A stretch of DNA of 64,000 nucleotides. Source: Calditrichia bacterium (GTDB taxonomy: Bacteria > Calditrichota > Calditrichia > RBG-13-44-9 > J075). The stretch covers positions 1 through 64,000 of the forward strand of contig JANQRS010000018.1 of assembly GCA_028284445.1 (NCBI GenBank), in the 5' to 3' direction. How positions within the stretch are numbered: the stretch's first letter is position 1; each line of letters begins with the position of its first letter. Below, in pieces: positions 1 through 8,191 of the stretch. Both the position numbers and the translations under genes were made by a program. Below the pieces are notes generated by a model. The model saw only the letters and a list, made by a program, of their open reading frames with translations. It did not search any database and was not told where the DNA came from.

Positions 1-99
1 GTGACTAAAGTGACTAAAGTGACTAAAGTGACTAAAGTGACTAAAGTGACTAAAGTGACTAAAGTGACTAAAGTGACTAAAGTGACTAAAGTGAGTAAT
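1..99. repeat. Tandem array of the 9-bp unit GTGACTAAA: 10 perfect copies (1-90) plus one degenerate copy (GTGAGTAAT); it may continue upstream of the window
   Basis: Directly visible perfect tandem repeats at the window start. Followed at 100-175 by related motifs (TTAGCTCAC, TTAACTCTAGCTCACTT) that recur at 2780-2830 and 6236-6272. Confidence 0.9.
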
Positions 100-161
100 T
101 TATTGATTTTAGCTCACCTCACCAACTCTAGTTCACTTTAGCTCACCATATTAACTCTAGC

Positions 162-557
162 TCACTTTGGGTTAAAGGCCAACATCCACTGGATATTGAA
201 TTTGTCAACCAGCATGCCGAAGCCATGTTCAAGCGGAAAAAGCACTTGACCGCCTTCTGCCAGATCGGCAAAGGCCTGCTTCTGCTCAACTTCAACGGAA
301 AATTCTACAAACATGGAGAAATTGCGTCCAATGGGCACCGGCCGGTTAGGATCATCATCGGACGCTTTGAAACGAATGTTCTCCGCAATAAATTCAGAGT
401 CAAAAATACGGTCTTTGTGCTCATCAGCCAGCTTGAGCGGAGAGTTCTCAACTGTCTCGAGCTTCGTTATTTCGCCGTTCAGGCAAGTTTTATAAAATTT
501 CAGGGCTTCTCTACAGCTTCCCGGAAACATCAAATACGGTATTAGGCCTTTCATCAT
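162..557 (-). CDS. VOC/glyoxalase-fold protein, PhnB-like (131 aa)
   Basis: Small cytoplasmic protein; N-terminus MKGLIPYLMFPG..ALKFY and overall length resemble PhnB/3-demethylubiquinone-9 methyltransferase-like VOC family proteins. Its stop overlaps the start of the next ORF by 4 nt. Confidence 0.5.
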   Translation of the reverse strand: MMKGLIPYLMFPGSCREALKFYKTCLNGEITKLETVENSPLKLADEHKDRIFDSEFIAENIRFKASDDDPNRPVPIGRNFSMFVEFSVEVEQKQAFADLAEGGQVLFPLEHGFGMLVDKFNIQWMLAFNPK

Positions 558-1381
558 TCATCTCCCTTCTCTTGGGTGTTGGTTTCCGTATTGCCGGACA
601 TTTGCTTTTCAATCTGCGGCAACATGATATTTTTTACCCAGGCAAAATCAGGCCGCAGCGCCAGGGATTTTTCAAACGCAATCTTTGCTTGCACAATGTC
701 GGGTGTATCGAGATTCAAATAGGCATTTCCCAACCAGGCATGGGCGATTTCCAATCCCCAGGCGCGGGCAAGTGGATTGGCTGATTTTGACTCCTTTTCA
801 AATAACCGCAAAGCCTGCTGGAATCTCTGCAACCCACGCTCCTGGCTGCCGCCAAACTGTGCAGGGGAATAGAAAATATTCATAGCATCTGTGAGGACAA
901 CCCGGGGATTCCGGGGACCCGCCTCAAGCGCTTTGTTGCGCAGACCGGCAACTTTAGCGGCAAATTGAGCACTTTTTTGCGGTTCGAGAATGTAGAGAGG
1001 ATAATAACAATTGATGCTCAAGGCATAGGCTTCAGCAAAATTTGCATCCAACTCTGATGCGGTTTTCAGCTCCGAAATCGCTTCATTCAAAAGACGCTTC
1101 GCTTCCTCAGAGCTGGCACGCAAGTCTGCCAGCCGAAGGACCGACTGCCATTTCCCAAAAGCGACATAGTAATGAGCGAGAGCCGCCAGCTTGTCCTGCC
1201 CCGCATATGATTGCATTACGTCAATCGTTCTGATCAATTCCAGGTTATCGGATTGAAAGCTCGCCGCCATCAATTCCTGAACAGCCTCATCAAACTCATT
1301 GGCATAAGGAGCCTTACAAGCACTGGCAATTCCGGAGATGCACACAATAACAATGATTAGCAGATAGTTAAAGCGCTTCAC
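554..1381 (-). CDS. TPR-repeat lipoprotein (275 aa)
   Basis: N-terminal signal peptide with a lipobox-like Cys (IVIVCISGIASAC); multiple TPR-like A/L/Y-rich helical repeats; C-terminal low-complexity tail. Confidence 0.6.
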   Translation of the reverse strand: MKRFNYLLIIVIVCISGIASACKAPYANEFDEAVQELMAASFQSDNLELIRTIDVMQSYAGQDKLAALAHYYVAFGKWQSVLRLADLRASSEEAKRLLNEAISELKTASELDANFAEAYALSINCYYPLYILEPQKSAQFAAKVAGLRNKALEAGPRNPRVVLTDAMNIFYSPAQFGGSQERGLQRFQQALRLFEKESKSANPLARAWGLEIAHAWLGNAYLNLDTPDIVQAKIAFEKSLALRPDFAWVKNIMLPQIEKQMSGNTETNTQEKGDE

Positions 1382-1520
1382 AACGGATTTCTCCCATCAG
1401 GTTACGTGTTGTTTTTACTCGAAATACAAATCGCGGCAGAAATAATCGCCAATTTCTATAAAGGTTGACAAAGTGACGGGAGAAAGATGAATAAATCGAT
1501 GAGGCGTCGCAGCATATTCG

Positions 1521-2681
1521 TCAGGAAGGCTTTTCCTGATTCATTTTGGCGCGAAATTGGGAGGGCGTCATGCCGGTAAATTTCTTGAAGAAGTTATTAA
1601 ACGAGGTCTTGTTGTTAAAGCCGACCTCATACGCAATGCTCAACAGTGTATACTGCTTGCTGCTTCCATCTGCTAAGAGCTGTTTTGCCTCTTCGATGCG
1701 ATATTGATTCACGAAGTCGAAAAAATTCTGACCGAGCGCCTCGTTGATCACCTGTGAGAGATGATTGGGAGAGATGTCCAGTTTCTCAGCCAAATCTGCC
1801 AGCTTCAGCTCGCTTTCCTTATGCAGTTTCTCAACTTCCATCAGCTGTTGTAGTTGGCGAAGATAAGATTTTGTCTGATCTGTCGTCAACGTCGAAGTTT
1901 GATATTTGGGCCTGGGCTCAGCCACAATTTCATTGTGTAATTCCGGCCGTTGAAATGCGGCATAGCCAATCGCGTAAATAAAGACAGTCATCGCCGAGGT
2001 AAGAAATAAATCGACAAATTTCGAGTATGAATTGCCCAGTATGAAGGAGAGATTATAGAGCAACCATGCGCCAAAGAAGCCACCAAAGCCAAATGCCAGA
2101 TAGCGGAGCCATGTATGCTTGTCCAGGCGTGGCTTGCCATTGGTCGCGACCATCGGCGCTTTATGCTGCCGTAAGTGTCTGAGCGCCAGAAAAACATAAA
2201 AAAGAGCATGCGGAAATTGCAATGTGATCATTAGCAGTCGGAAAGGCTGGATCTCGGAAACGCCCGGCGTTTCAGGATAGAAAGTATTTTTGATGACTTG
2301 TAATTTCAGATCTGCACTCAGCAAGTAATACGGCACCATATAGCAAAAAACGATAAGAAATGGCACAATATGGAGCCAGTTTTTTCTCTCGAATTTCTCA
2401 CTACCGGTTGTCAAATACCAGGTGTAGAAGTAGAACGACACACCAATCAAATATGAAAAGGGAAAGGCGACCAATGAAAAATGAGGGAATATCAGCAGAT
2501 ATTTTGTCCAGAATGCGATGATGGAAAGCAAGCGAAGAGAGAAAATAAACAGCAAAAGCCCGAGAAAGCGATTGGCAAGTGGATTTCCTCGCTTAAGAAA
2601 AAGAAATAAAAAGGCCAGGAAAAACCCCTGTGCCGCCCCCAGCAGATGAATGATATCCCAAACGCTAAATACTGGTTCCAT
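1521..2681 (-). CDS. Membrane-embedded AraC-family transcriptional regulator (N-terminal polytopic membrane domain plus C-terminal AraC HTH)
   Basis: About 250 aa with 6-7 hydrophobic helices, followed by a C-terminal AraC signature (ISPNHLSQVINEALGQNFFDFVNQYRIEEAKQLL...SIAYEVGFNNKTSFNNFFKKFTGMTPSQFR). Paralogous to the ORFs at 19113-20207 and 39822-40976. Confidence 0.75.
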   Translation of the reverse strand: MEPVFSVWDIIHLLGAAQGFFLAFLFLFLKRGNPLANRFLGLLLFIFSLRLLSIIAFWTKYLLIFPHFSLVAFPFSYLIGVSFYFYTWYLTTGSEKFERKNWLHIVPFLIVFCYMVPYYLLSADLKLQVIKNTFYPETPGVSEIQPFRLLMITLQFPHALFYVFLALRHLRQHKAPMVATNGKPRLDKHTWLRYLAFGFGGFFGAWLLYNLSFILGNSYSKFVDLFLTSAMTVFIYAIGYAAFQRPELHNEIVAEPRPKYQTSTLTTDQTKSYLRQLQQLMEVEKLHKESELKLADLAEKLDISPNHLSQVINEALGQNFFDFVNQYRIEEAKQLLADGSSKQYTLLSIAYEVGFNNKTSFNNFFKKFTGMTPSQFRAKMNQEKPS

Positions 2682-2796
2682 TCGCTCAAATCTTGGAATT
2701 ACGAGTTCGGACGCTGCCTGAAGATGTTGGTTTAAAGACGCAAGTTAAGCATAAGCAAATTCGCTCGCACCTGAAAACTCAAGAAAGTGAGCTCAA

Positions 2797-2828
2797 GTGA
2801 CCAAAGTGACTAAAGTCACTTTGGTCAC
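2797..2828. terminator. Perfect 14-bp inverted repeat (GTGACCAAAGTGAC-TAAA-GTCACTTTGGTCAC) immediately 3' of the minus-strand gene 2835-4796; probable intrinsic terminator and member of a local repeat family
   Basis: Palindrome read directly. On the minus strand the hairpin is followed by TTGAGCTCACTTTCTTGAGTTTTC (T-rich). It shares the GTGACTAAAG and GAGCTCA motifs with the repeats at 1-175 and 6236-6272. Confidence 0.5.
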
Positions 2829-2834
2829 TTTCCG

Positions 2835-4796
2835 CTAGCGGACCAGTAGCATTCGGCGAACATGGACTTGTCTGGCAGTTTCCATTCGATAAATATACAC
2901 ACCGCTGCTGATCTGCTGCCCCTGGGCATCGCGGCCATCCCACTGCACTTCATGATATCCGGCCGGTTGCTGACCCTCCACCAATGTAACCACCTTTTTG
3001 CCGAGCATGTCGTAGACAACCAGTCGGACGTCCATCCTTGCCGGTATATCATAGCGGATATGCGTTGTAGGATTAAACGGATTTGGATAGTTGTTGTGCA
3101 ATGTTATACGGGTCGGTATCTCCACCGGGGAGTTGTCGATTTGATCCTCAATCCCGACGGTGCCAACACTATCAACCACAAGAGTTACGTCCTCGTCGTT
3201 GACTAGAATCCGAAGCGATAATCCGGCTGGTTCATTCACGAGCAGAAAGTTATCGCTTACAGCACCAGTAGTTGTCATAACCACAAACGAATCACCGACC
3301 TCCGGCATAAAACCGTCGACTAGCTCGACATCAAGCGTTCCGTTAAGCATTGCGTCGCCGGTAATCGCCAATTGATCATATTCACTGCCTCCAATCAGGC
3401 CGCCCAGATCGATTTCGAAAACTGCGGTGGCGGACGGGTTGTAGTCGCCGATATGGGTTAGCAGGCCAACGCCAGCCACAAGACCGGGGGCAACAATACC
3501 GTCATTTGCGAAATCATTCGGGACATCAATTGTAGCGATGCCGCGAATACTCGCGCCCTCTGCATTGTTGAGATTGGCAAATTGCAATTCACCGCTTGCT
3601 ACTTCAATGATACCACCGGCCTGATTCTGAAAATCCCAAAAGCTGCTAAAATTCGAAACGTTGGTACCGGTGTGTTTCAGAACCGTACCGCTATTGAGAA
3701 AAGTCCCACTGGCGTTGCTACTACCATTAAAATCCCCGTCGCTGACAAATTCAAACAACGCTTGATTGTCGATGACCGTGGTATCGGCCGCATTTAATGC
3801 AGCGTTACCAACAAAACCGATGGTCCCCAGGTTGAGGAGTGTAGAAACGCTGAGGGATTTGGTGTTGAAAACGCCATCCAACAAAAACAAGCCTTCGGCT
3901 GGAATGGTCAGCGTTCCCTCACCGGTGACCGTTCCCCCGCTCCAGCGAAAACCGCTGCCGCCTATGTCGAGCGTCGCTCCAGCCGGGTCAATTTCAATGG
4001 TACCTGTAGAGAAGATGATGTCACCAAGCGGTTCGCCGGAAAGGGTTCCTTTGAAAGTATGCGAATTTTTAAAATCGATAGTAGCGCCGTCCGCCACACT
4101 GTAAGTTCCGCCGTCGAAAGTGCTCGGCCCACTGAACCAGATGGTTCCGCTTTGAACATCTATCGTGCCGCCAAGATTCTGAAAATCCCAAAAGCCGCTA
4201 AAATTCGAAACGTTGGTACCGGTGTGTTTCAGAACCGTACCGCTATTGAGAAAAGTCCCACTGGCGTTGCTACTACCATTAAAATCCCCATCGCTGATAA
4301 ACTCAAACAATCCCTGATTATCAAAAACAGCTGAATTCGAAGCGTTTAGGGCCGAACTTCCCACAAAACTTGCTGTTCCCTCATTACGAATAGTTGCACT
4401 TAACGACTTTGTGTTAAACACGCCCTCGATCGATAGAATCGCACTGTCAGCTATAGTCAAAGTACCTGAACCGGCAGCGGTCAGATCAGCAATTGTCCCG
4501 CCGGACCAGCTGGCGCTTCCGGTCACTGTTAGTGAACCAGTTGTTTGTCCATCATCATTCAGTTGCAGGGTCCCGCCACTGAATTGCAGGCCGGCAACAA
4601 TTCGGGAACCGGTCGTCGGCGCTGTCCCGCTGCTTATAGCGACAATATCATCGGGGCCGGGAATACCGGATGGCGACCAATTATCTGCCACTTCCCAGGA
4701 ACCGCCTCCCAGCCAGGTGTAGGTGGTTTGGGCATTTAAAAAACAGGGTATTACAATTGTTAACATGAGAATAATTTGGAAACGAATATATTTCAT
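2835..4796 (-). CDS. Secreted repeat-rich (beta-helix/adhesin-like) protein with a T9SS C-terminal sorting domain (653 aa)
   Basis: Signal peptide (MKYIRFQIILMLTIVIPCFLNAQ); Gly/Ser/Thr/Asn-rich internal repeats; C-terminal NYPNPFNPTTHIRYDIP...VYDMLGKKVVTLVEG..GYHEVQWDG...GVYIYRM matches the type A Por secretion-tail (T9SS CTD) consensus. Confidence 0.8.
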   Translation of the reverse strand: MKYIRFQIILMLTIVIPCFLNAQTTYTWLGGGSWEVADNWSPSGIPGPDDIVAISSGTAPTTGSRIVAGLQFSGGTLQLNDDGQTTGSLTVTGSASWSGGTIADLTAAGSGTLTIADSAILSIEGVFNTKSLSATIRNEGTASFVGSSALNASNSAVFDNQGLFEFISDGDFNGSSNASGTFLNSGTVLKHTGTNVSNFSGFWDFQNLGGTIDVQSGTIWFSGPSTFDGGTYSVADGATIDFKNSHTFKGTLSGEPLGDIIFSTGTIEIDPAGATLDIGGSGFRWSGGTVTGEGTLTIPAEGLFLLDGVFNTKSLSVSTLLNLGTIGFVGNAALNAADTTVIDNQALFEFVSDGDFNGSSNASGTFLNSGTVLKHTGTNVSNFSSFWDFQNQAGGIIEVASGELQFANLNNAEGASIRGIATIDVPNDFANDGIVAPGLVAGVGLLTHIGDYNPSATAVFEIDLGGLIGGSEYDQLAITGDAMLNGTLDVELVDGFMPEVGDSFVVMTTTGAVSDNFLLVNEPAGLSLRILVNDEDVTLVVDSVGTVGIEDQIDNSPVEIPTRITLHNNYPNPFNPTTHIRYDIPARMDVRLVVYDMLGKKVVTLVEGQQPAGYHEVQWDGRDAQGQQISSGVYIYRMETARQVHVRRMLLVR

Positions 4797-5159
4797 ATCT
4801 GACCTCCTATCGGATTATTTGTTAATCCAGTTAGTATAAGCGGGATCCGGCTCTCTTTATTGGTGAGCTTTGCCCCTTATACATAAAGGGAAAAAATCCG
4901 TCTGAAAAGGTTCACAGAAGATCAGAAATTTCTTGTCTGAGCCGGACCTACTTCATAATTGAATTCTCCAACACCTGTTAATACCACCCTTTGGCCTAAA
5001 GAACACAGGATACGCTGACGACAACTTTGTGGAAGCAAACGTCGCCGCCGGACATCGATTTCAGGGGGATGAAACGCTGCTGGGCTTAATCACGGCAACC
5101 CCAGTAGTTGGCAAGACGATATCTACCGCCATCTATCAACCACTTATTCTACCGGCGGC

Positions 5160-5981
5160 ATGTATTCAACAGTTGATGATTTATGGAAATGGCGCCAGGC
5201 CTTGCAGAAGAACACCTTATTGTCTGCGGAACTTACCGAACGTATGACGCGCCTGAACCTGGCCGGCTACTGCTACGGTTGGTTTCGCAATCACGAGACA
5301 TTCATCCGGCGATACCCGTCGGGCAGCATGTATCACCACGGCGGCGCGCTGGACGGCTTTCAAAGTCACATAGCTGCCTATGACGATGGCATCACCATCA
5401 TATTCCTGTCAAACGTAAACCCGGTTAATGATATTACCCTACTCAAAAATCTGCATTTGGTTGCAAGTGGGATGGATCCGGAAACATATGTGCGCGACAT
5501 CTTGCGTCCGGAAATAGAAGACGACCTCGCAAGCTATCTGGATGATGGCGGCCGGGCGGCATTTGATCAATATTATCAGGCAATCTCCGAACGAGCCGGA
5601 TATAAAGTGCTGCCATCGCCGCTGGCATACGTCGAACTGATGGTTCTCTATTTGCAGGAGGACAAAATGCAAGAAGCAGAAGAGATTATCGGAGAGCTGT
5701 TTAGCCTCTATAAACATCCCGCAGAAAGCACCATTAATCGCATTGGCTATGCCTTTCTGGGGGAGGAGAAGTATGACCACGCTATTCGCTATTTCCGGAA
5801 AAATATTGAGTTATATCCGCATTCGCCTAATTGCTACGATAGTCTCGGGGAAGCCTACCAGGAAAGTGGCAACGAGGCACTGGCTGTAGAAAACTTCTCC
5901 ATGGCTGTTAAGCTTGCCAAACAATATGAAGATCCGGGGATAAAATACTATTCGAAGAATTATCACCAAGCAACCCAATAG
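5160..5981 (+). pseudogene. Remnant of a beta-lactamase-family serine hydrolase (C-terminal part only) fused to TPR repeats; the N-terminal catalytic S-x-x-K region is missing
   Basis: The ORF begins with GGMYSTVDDLWKWRQAL, a motif that normally lies about 200 aa into class-C/serine-hydrolase proteins. An upstream out-of-frame ORF (5029-5247) may hold a little more of the hydrolase body (weak, see rejected item), and 4800-5030 is non-coding. The C-terminal half is TPR-like (YAFLGEEKYDHAIRYFRKNIELYPHSPNCYDSLGEAYQESGN). Confidence 0.5.
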
Positions 5982-6151
5982 GGCGTGTTGACAATTATGT
6001 TCAGCAACCAATTTCTATGTCACTCCTCCGGAGTTTTTGGATCTTTGCACTCGCATTTCTATACAAATGCCGTATCTCCGGTGCTTTCTCACGGGCATTC
6101 ATCCGGGCAGGCTTGTATTTAGCCGCAGAGCGCAGTATCATTGTAGAAAAT

Positions 6152-6207
6152 GGTCACCCCTCCGGAGCCCGCAACTCCGGAGGGGTGACATATTTGTTCT
6201 ATTTCCT
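6152..6207. terminator. Bidirectional intrinsic terminator: perfect 15-bp stem (GTCACCCCTCCGGAG / CTCCGGAGGGGTGAC), 7-nt loop, then a T-rich tract
   Basis: Read directly. Lies between the convergent genes 5160-5981 (+) and 6274-7377 (-). Followed by ATATTTGTTCTATTTCC on the plus strand and CATTTTCTAC on the minus strand. Confidence 0.6.
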
Positions 6208-6235
6208 GGCAATTCGCCTAATTGTCAACACGCTC

Positions 6236-6272
6236 TAAAGTGACTAAATTTGTTAACTCTAGCTCACTTCAG
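6236..6272. repeat. Short repeat element (AAGTGACTAAA ... TTAACTCTAGCTCACTT) immediately 3' of the minus-strand SPFH gene; same family as the repeats at 1-175 and 2780-2830
   Basis: The 17-mer TTAACTCTAGCTCACTT is identical to 152-168, and AAGTGACTAAA matches the tandem unit at 1-99. Confidence 0.7.
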
Positions 6273-6273
6273 G

Positions 6274-7377
6274 TCATAACAGCTTGACGATCTTGTCCGT
6301 CAGACCGCCATCACCGAGCACAACCTGGAGGTTGTTGTTCTGGATGACTTTCTCGAGAATTTCAAGCTCCTTCAGGCGCATGAGCGTCGGGTTGTCGTCC
6401 AGCATTTTGGCAGTATTGGCCTGGCTACGCATGGCGGCCACTTCTTCACGCCGGGACAATACGTTTGCTTCAGCCACCTTTTTAGCTTCGATGACTTTGT
6501 TGAGCAGCTCCTTCATGTCACCGGGAAGAATGATATCCCGAATACCAAAACCGGTCACACGAATACCGAATGCTTTGGCTGCATCTGCTAAAGCTGTTTC
6601 CAGCTCCAGGGCAGTGCTAGCCTTATCCACCAATAAATCTTCCAGATTTTTGGTGCCAATGACCGCCCGTAATGCCAGCTGCGCTTCACGATACAAGGCC
6701 TGCGCAGCGTCGTCAACTGCAGTGACTGCTTGCAGGGCATCAACCACCTGATATTGCGCCAGTCCGTTGATTCGCAGTGTCACTTTATCCGCAGTCATGA
6801 TTTCCTGCCCGCCGATATCAACCATTTGACCACGTAAATCCTTATGGTACAACTTGACCTTGGCAGTATCTTTCCAGAAAGCGTACCGTCCGGGAGGCAG
6901 TTCTTCGATGAACTCGCCATTCCTGAAATACAGTCCCTTGTGATCGGCCTCAACAACAAACTCATCGAGCAAGGCGCTGCCGCTGTCGGACTTCAAGATC
7001 GTGTTCAAAGCGGCGTGTTCAAAACGAACATCCTCGGTGCCAACAATCTCAACCCTGGTGTCATGGTTTTCATTCCAGAGGACGTAAAGCCCGGGCGGCA
7101 AAACAGTGTTAAAACGCTTGTCTACCCAGACCAAAGCTCGCTGGTTGTCGGCCAAATCAATAACAGTTGCATCGTGATCGTCGAGAAGCCCACTTTTCAC
7201 GATCGCATCAAGACGCTGGTGATGCAACCAGGGCTGGCGCAAAGAAACAACATCCACCTGGTCATATACAAAGGGATTCGGGAACCAGTGTCGTCCCTTA
7301 CCTAGAATTGCGATCAATTCGCCCTTGCGGAAATGTAATCCAATTTCAAATGCGTTAATTCTAGTCGTTTTCATCAT
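6274..7377 (-). CDS. SPFH/band-7 (stomatin/prohibitin-like) domain protein (367 aa)
   Basis: Central region (DKVTLRINGLAQYQVVDALQAV...ALYREAQLALRAVIGTKNLEDLL) followed by a long A/E/K-rich coiled-coil tail (KELLNKVIEAKKVAEANVLSRREEVAAMRSQANTAKMLDD) is typical of SPFH/band-7 proteins. No NfeD partner gene is adjacent. Confidence 0.55.
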   Translation of the reverse strand: MMKTTRINAFEIGLHFRKGELIAILGKGRHWFPNPFVYDQVDVVSLRQPWLHHQRLDAIVKSGLLDDHDATVIDLADNQRALVWVDKRFNTVLPPGLYVLWNENHDTRVEIVGTEDVRFEHAALNTILKSDSGSALLDEFVVEADHKGLYFRNGEFIEELPPGRYAFWKDTAKVKLYHKDLRGQMVDIGGQEIMTADKVTLRINGLAQYQVVDALQAVTAVDDAAQALYREAQLALRAVIGTKNLEDLLVDKASTALELETALADAAKAFGIRVTGFGIRDIILPGDMKELLNKVIEAKKVAEANVLSRREEVAAMRSQANTAKMLDDNPTLMRLKELEILEKVIQNNNLQVVLGDGGLTDKIVKLL

Positions 7378-7717
7378 GGGGGTACCCCCTTCCTCTTTCT
7401 GGCACCAAGGCGCCTTTAAGTTAAAAATTGCAATGCCAGGTCGGCCGTCAGTAGACAGCTATTCAATCAACCCATCCTACAATGCGGAGCGTCGCTTAAG
7501 CTGTGTTCCCTGCCTCGAATGACCATTGCCCGTAACTGCTGAACAATGGCGATTGGAAACTTCCGACACAGCGGTATCCGCGCGCTGCAGGGCATTGAGT
7601 GACGGTGCTGCCGGATAGGGCCCGTTGATGCTGAGCCTCTGCCTTTAGCTGTTGATCGAATTGCTATTTCCATCAGGACCTCCCCAGCAGTTGCGTTAGA
7701 CGGTTTTTGAGACCGTT

Positions 7718-7794
7718 GGTGTGGAGCAGGAATCGAACCTGCAACAAGCGGATTAATAGTCCGTTGCTCTACCAGTTGAGCTATCCAGGTGTAT
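7718..7794 (-). tRNA. tRNA-Asn-like gene, probably a pseudogene (anticodon reads ATT; the 5' acceptor strand does not pair with the 3' strand)
   Basis: The reverse complement gives a D-arm TAGCTCAACTGGTAGAGC, an anticodon arm ACGGA-CTATTAA-TCCGC (compare E. coli tRNA-Asn GCGGA-CUGUUAA-UCCGU), a T-arm GCAGG-TTCGATT-CCTGC and the 3' end TCCACAC-CA. The 5' acceptor half ACCTGGA pairs with only 4 of 7 positions, and position 34 is A instead of G. Confidence 0.5.
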
Positions 7795-8191
7795 TTTCCA
7801 TAACCAATTCCGAATCTATCACGGAACGCTTAACGCTCATTGCAAGGCAAAACGAGAAGCGCCGGACAGTTAATTATTTCCAATACGCTTTAGAGTAGAA
7901 CAATACGCATGCCAAAAATGGAATCACACAACTCAAAACATTGTTAATATTGATTTTAAAAACGATTTTCAAGGCGAGCTAAACGAAAGGCAAACGAGAG
8001 GAATCTATAAAGGATTATAAGAGTTATAAATTTGGATAAGAAGGAGGATTATTTGAAGCACGGGAATCAAAACGAAAACACTCTGCTTTAACCCACTCCT
8101 AAATACCCTACCGGGAAGGGACCTGGGGGTGGATTAATAAGCCAATCCCCATTCAAATTGAGTCTTTTTGGAATTTTTCCTGTTGGCATTT

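Noticed and set aside
1-99. Possible CRISPR array at the window start
   Set aside because: The units are 9 bp and directly abutting with no spacers. This is a simple tandem repeat, and no cas genes are nearby.
2862-4722. Several 60-115-aa ORFs on the plus strand inside the 2835-4796 gene, plus many similar antisense ORFs inside the other large genes (for example 8462-8968, 13053-13565, 24433-24624, 34434-35273, 51524-52110, 58585-59009)
   Set aside because: These are shadow ORFs fully embedded in long, well-supported genes on the opposite strand. They are low-complexity and lack start context.
5029-5247. ORF upstream of and overlapping the beta-lactamase-like fragment, as an independent gene
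   Set aside because: It is in a different frame and overlaps the 5160 ORF. It is best explained as the frameshifted upstream part of the same decayed gene.
7400-7800. Possible tmRNA or another structured housekeeping RNA around the tRNA-like sequence
   Set aside because: The sequence has a full D-arm and anticodon arm (tRNA-like, not the tmRNA tRNA-like domain). I could not identify RNase P, SRP or tmRNA hallmarks by eye.
7718-8190. Genomic island or integrase integrated at the tRNA
   Set aside because: No integrase, recombinase or transposase ORF is present anywhere in the window, and no direct repeat of the tRNA 3' end was noticed. This cannot be excluded outside the window.
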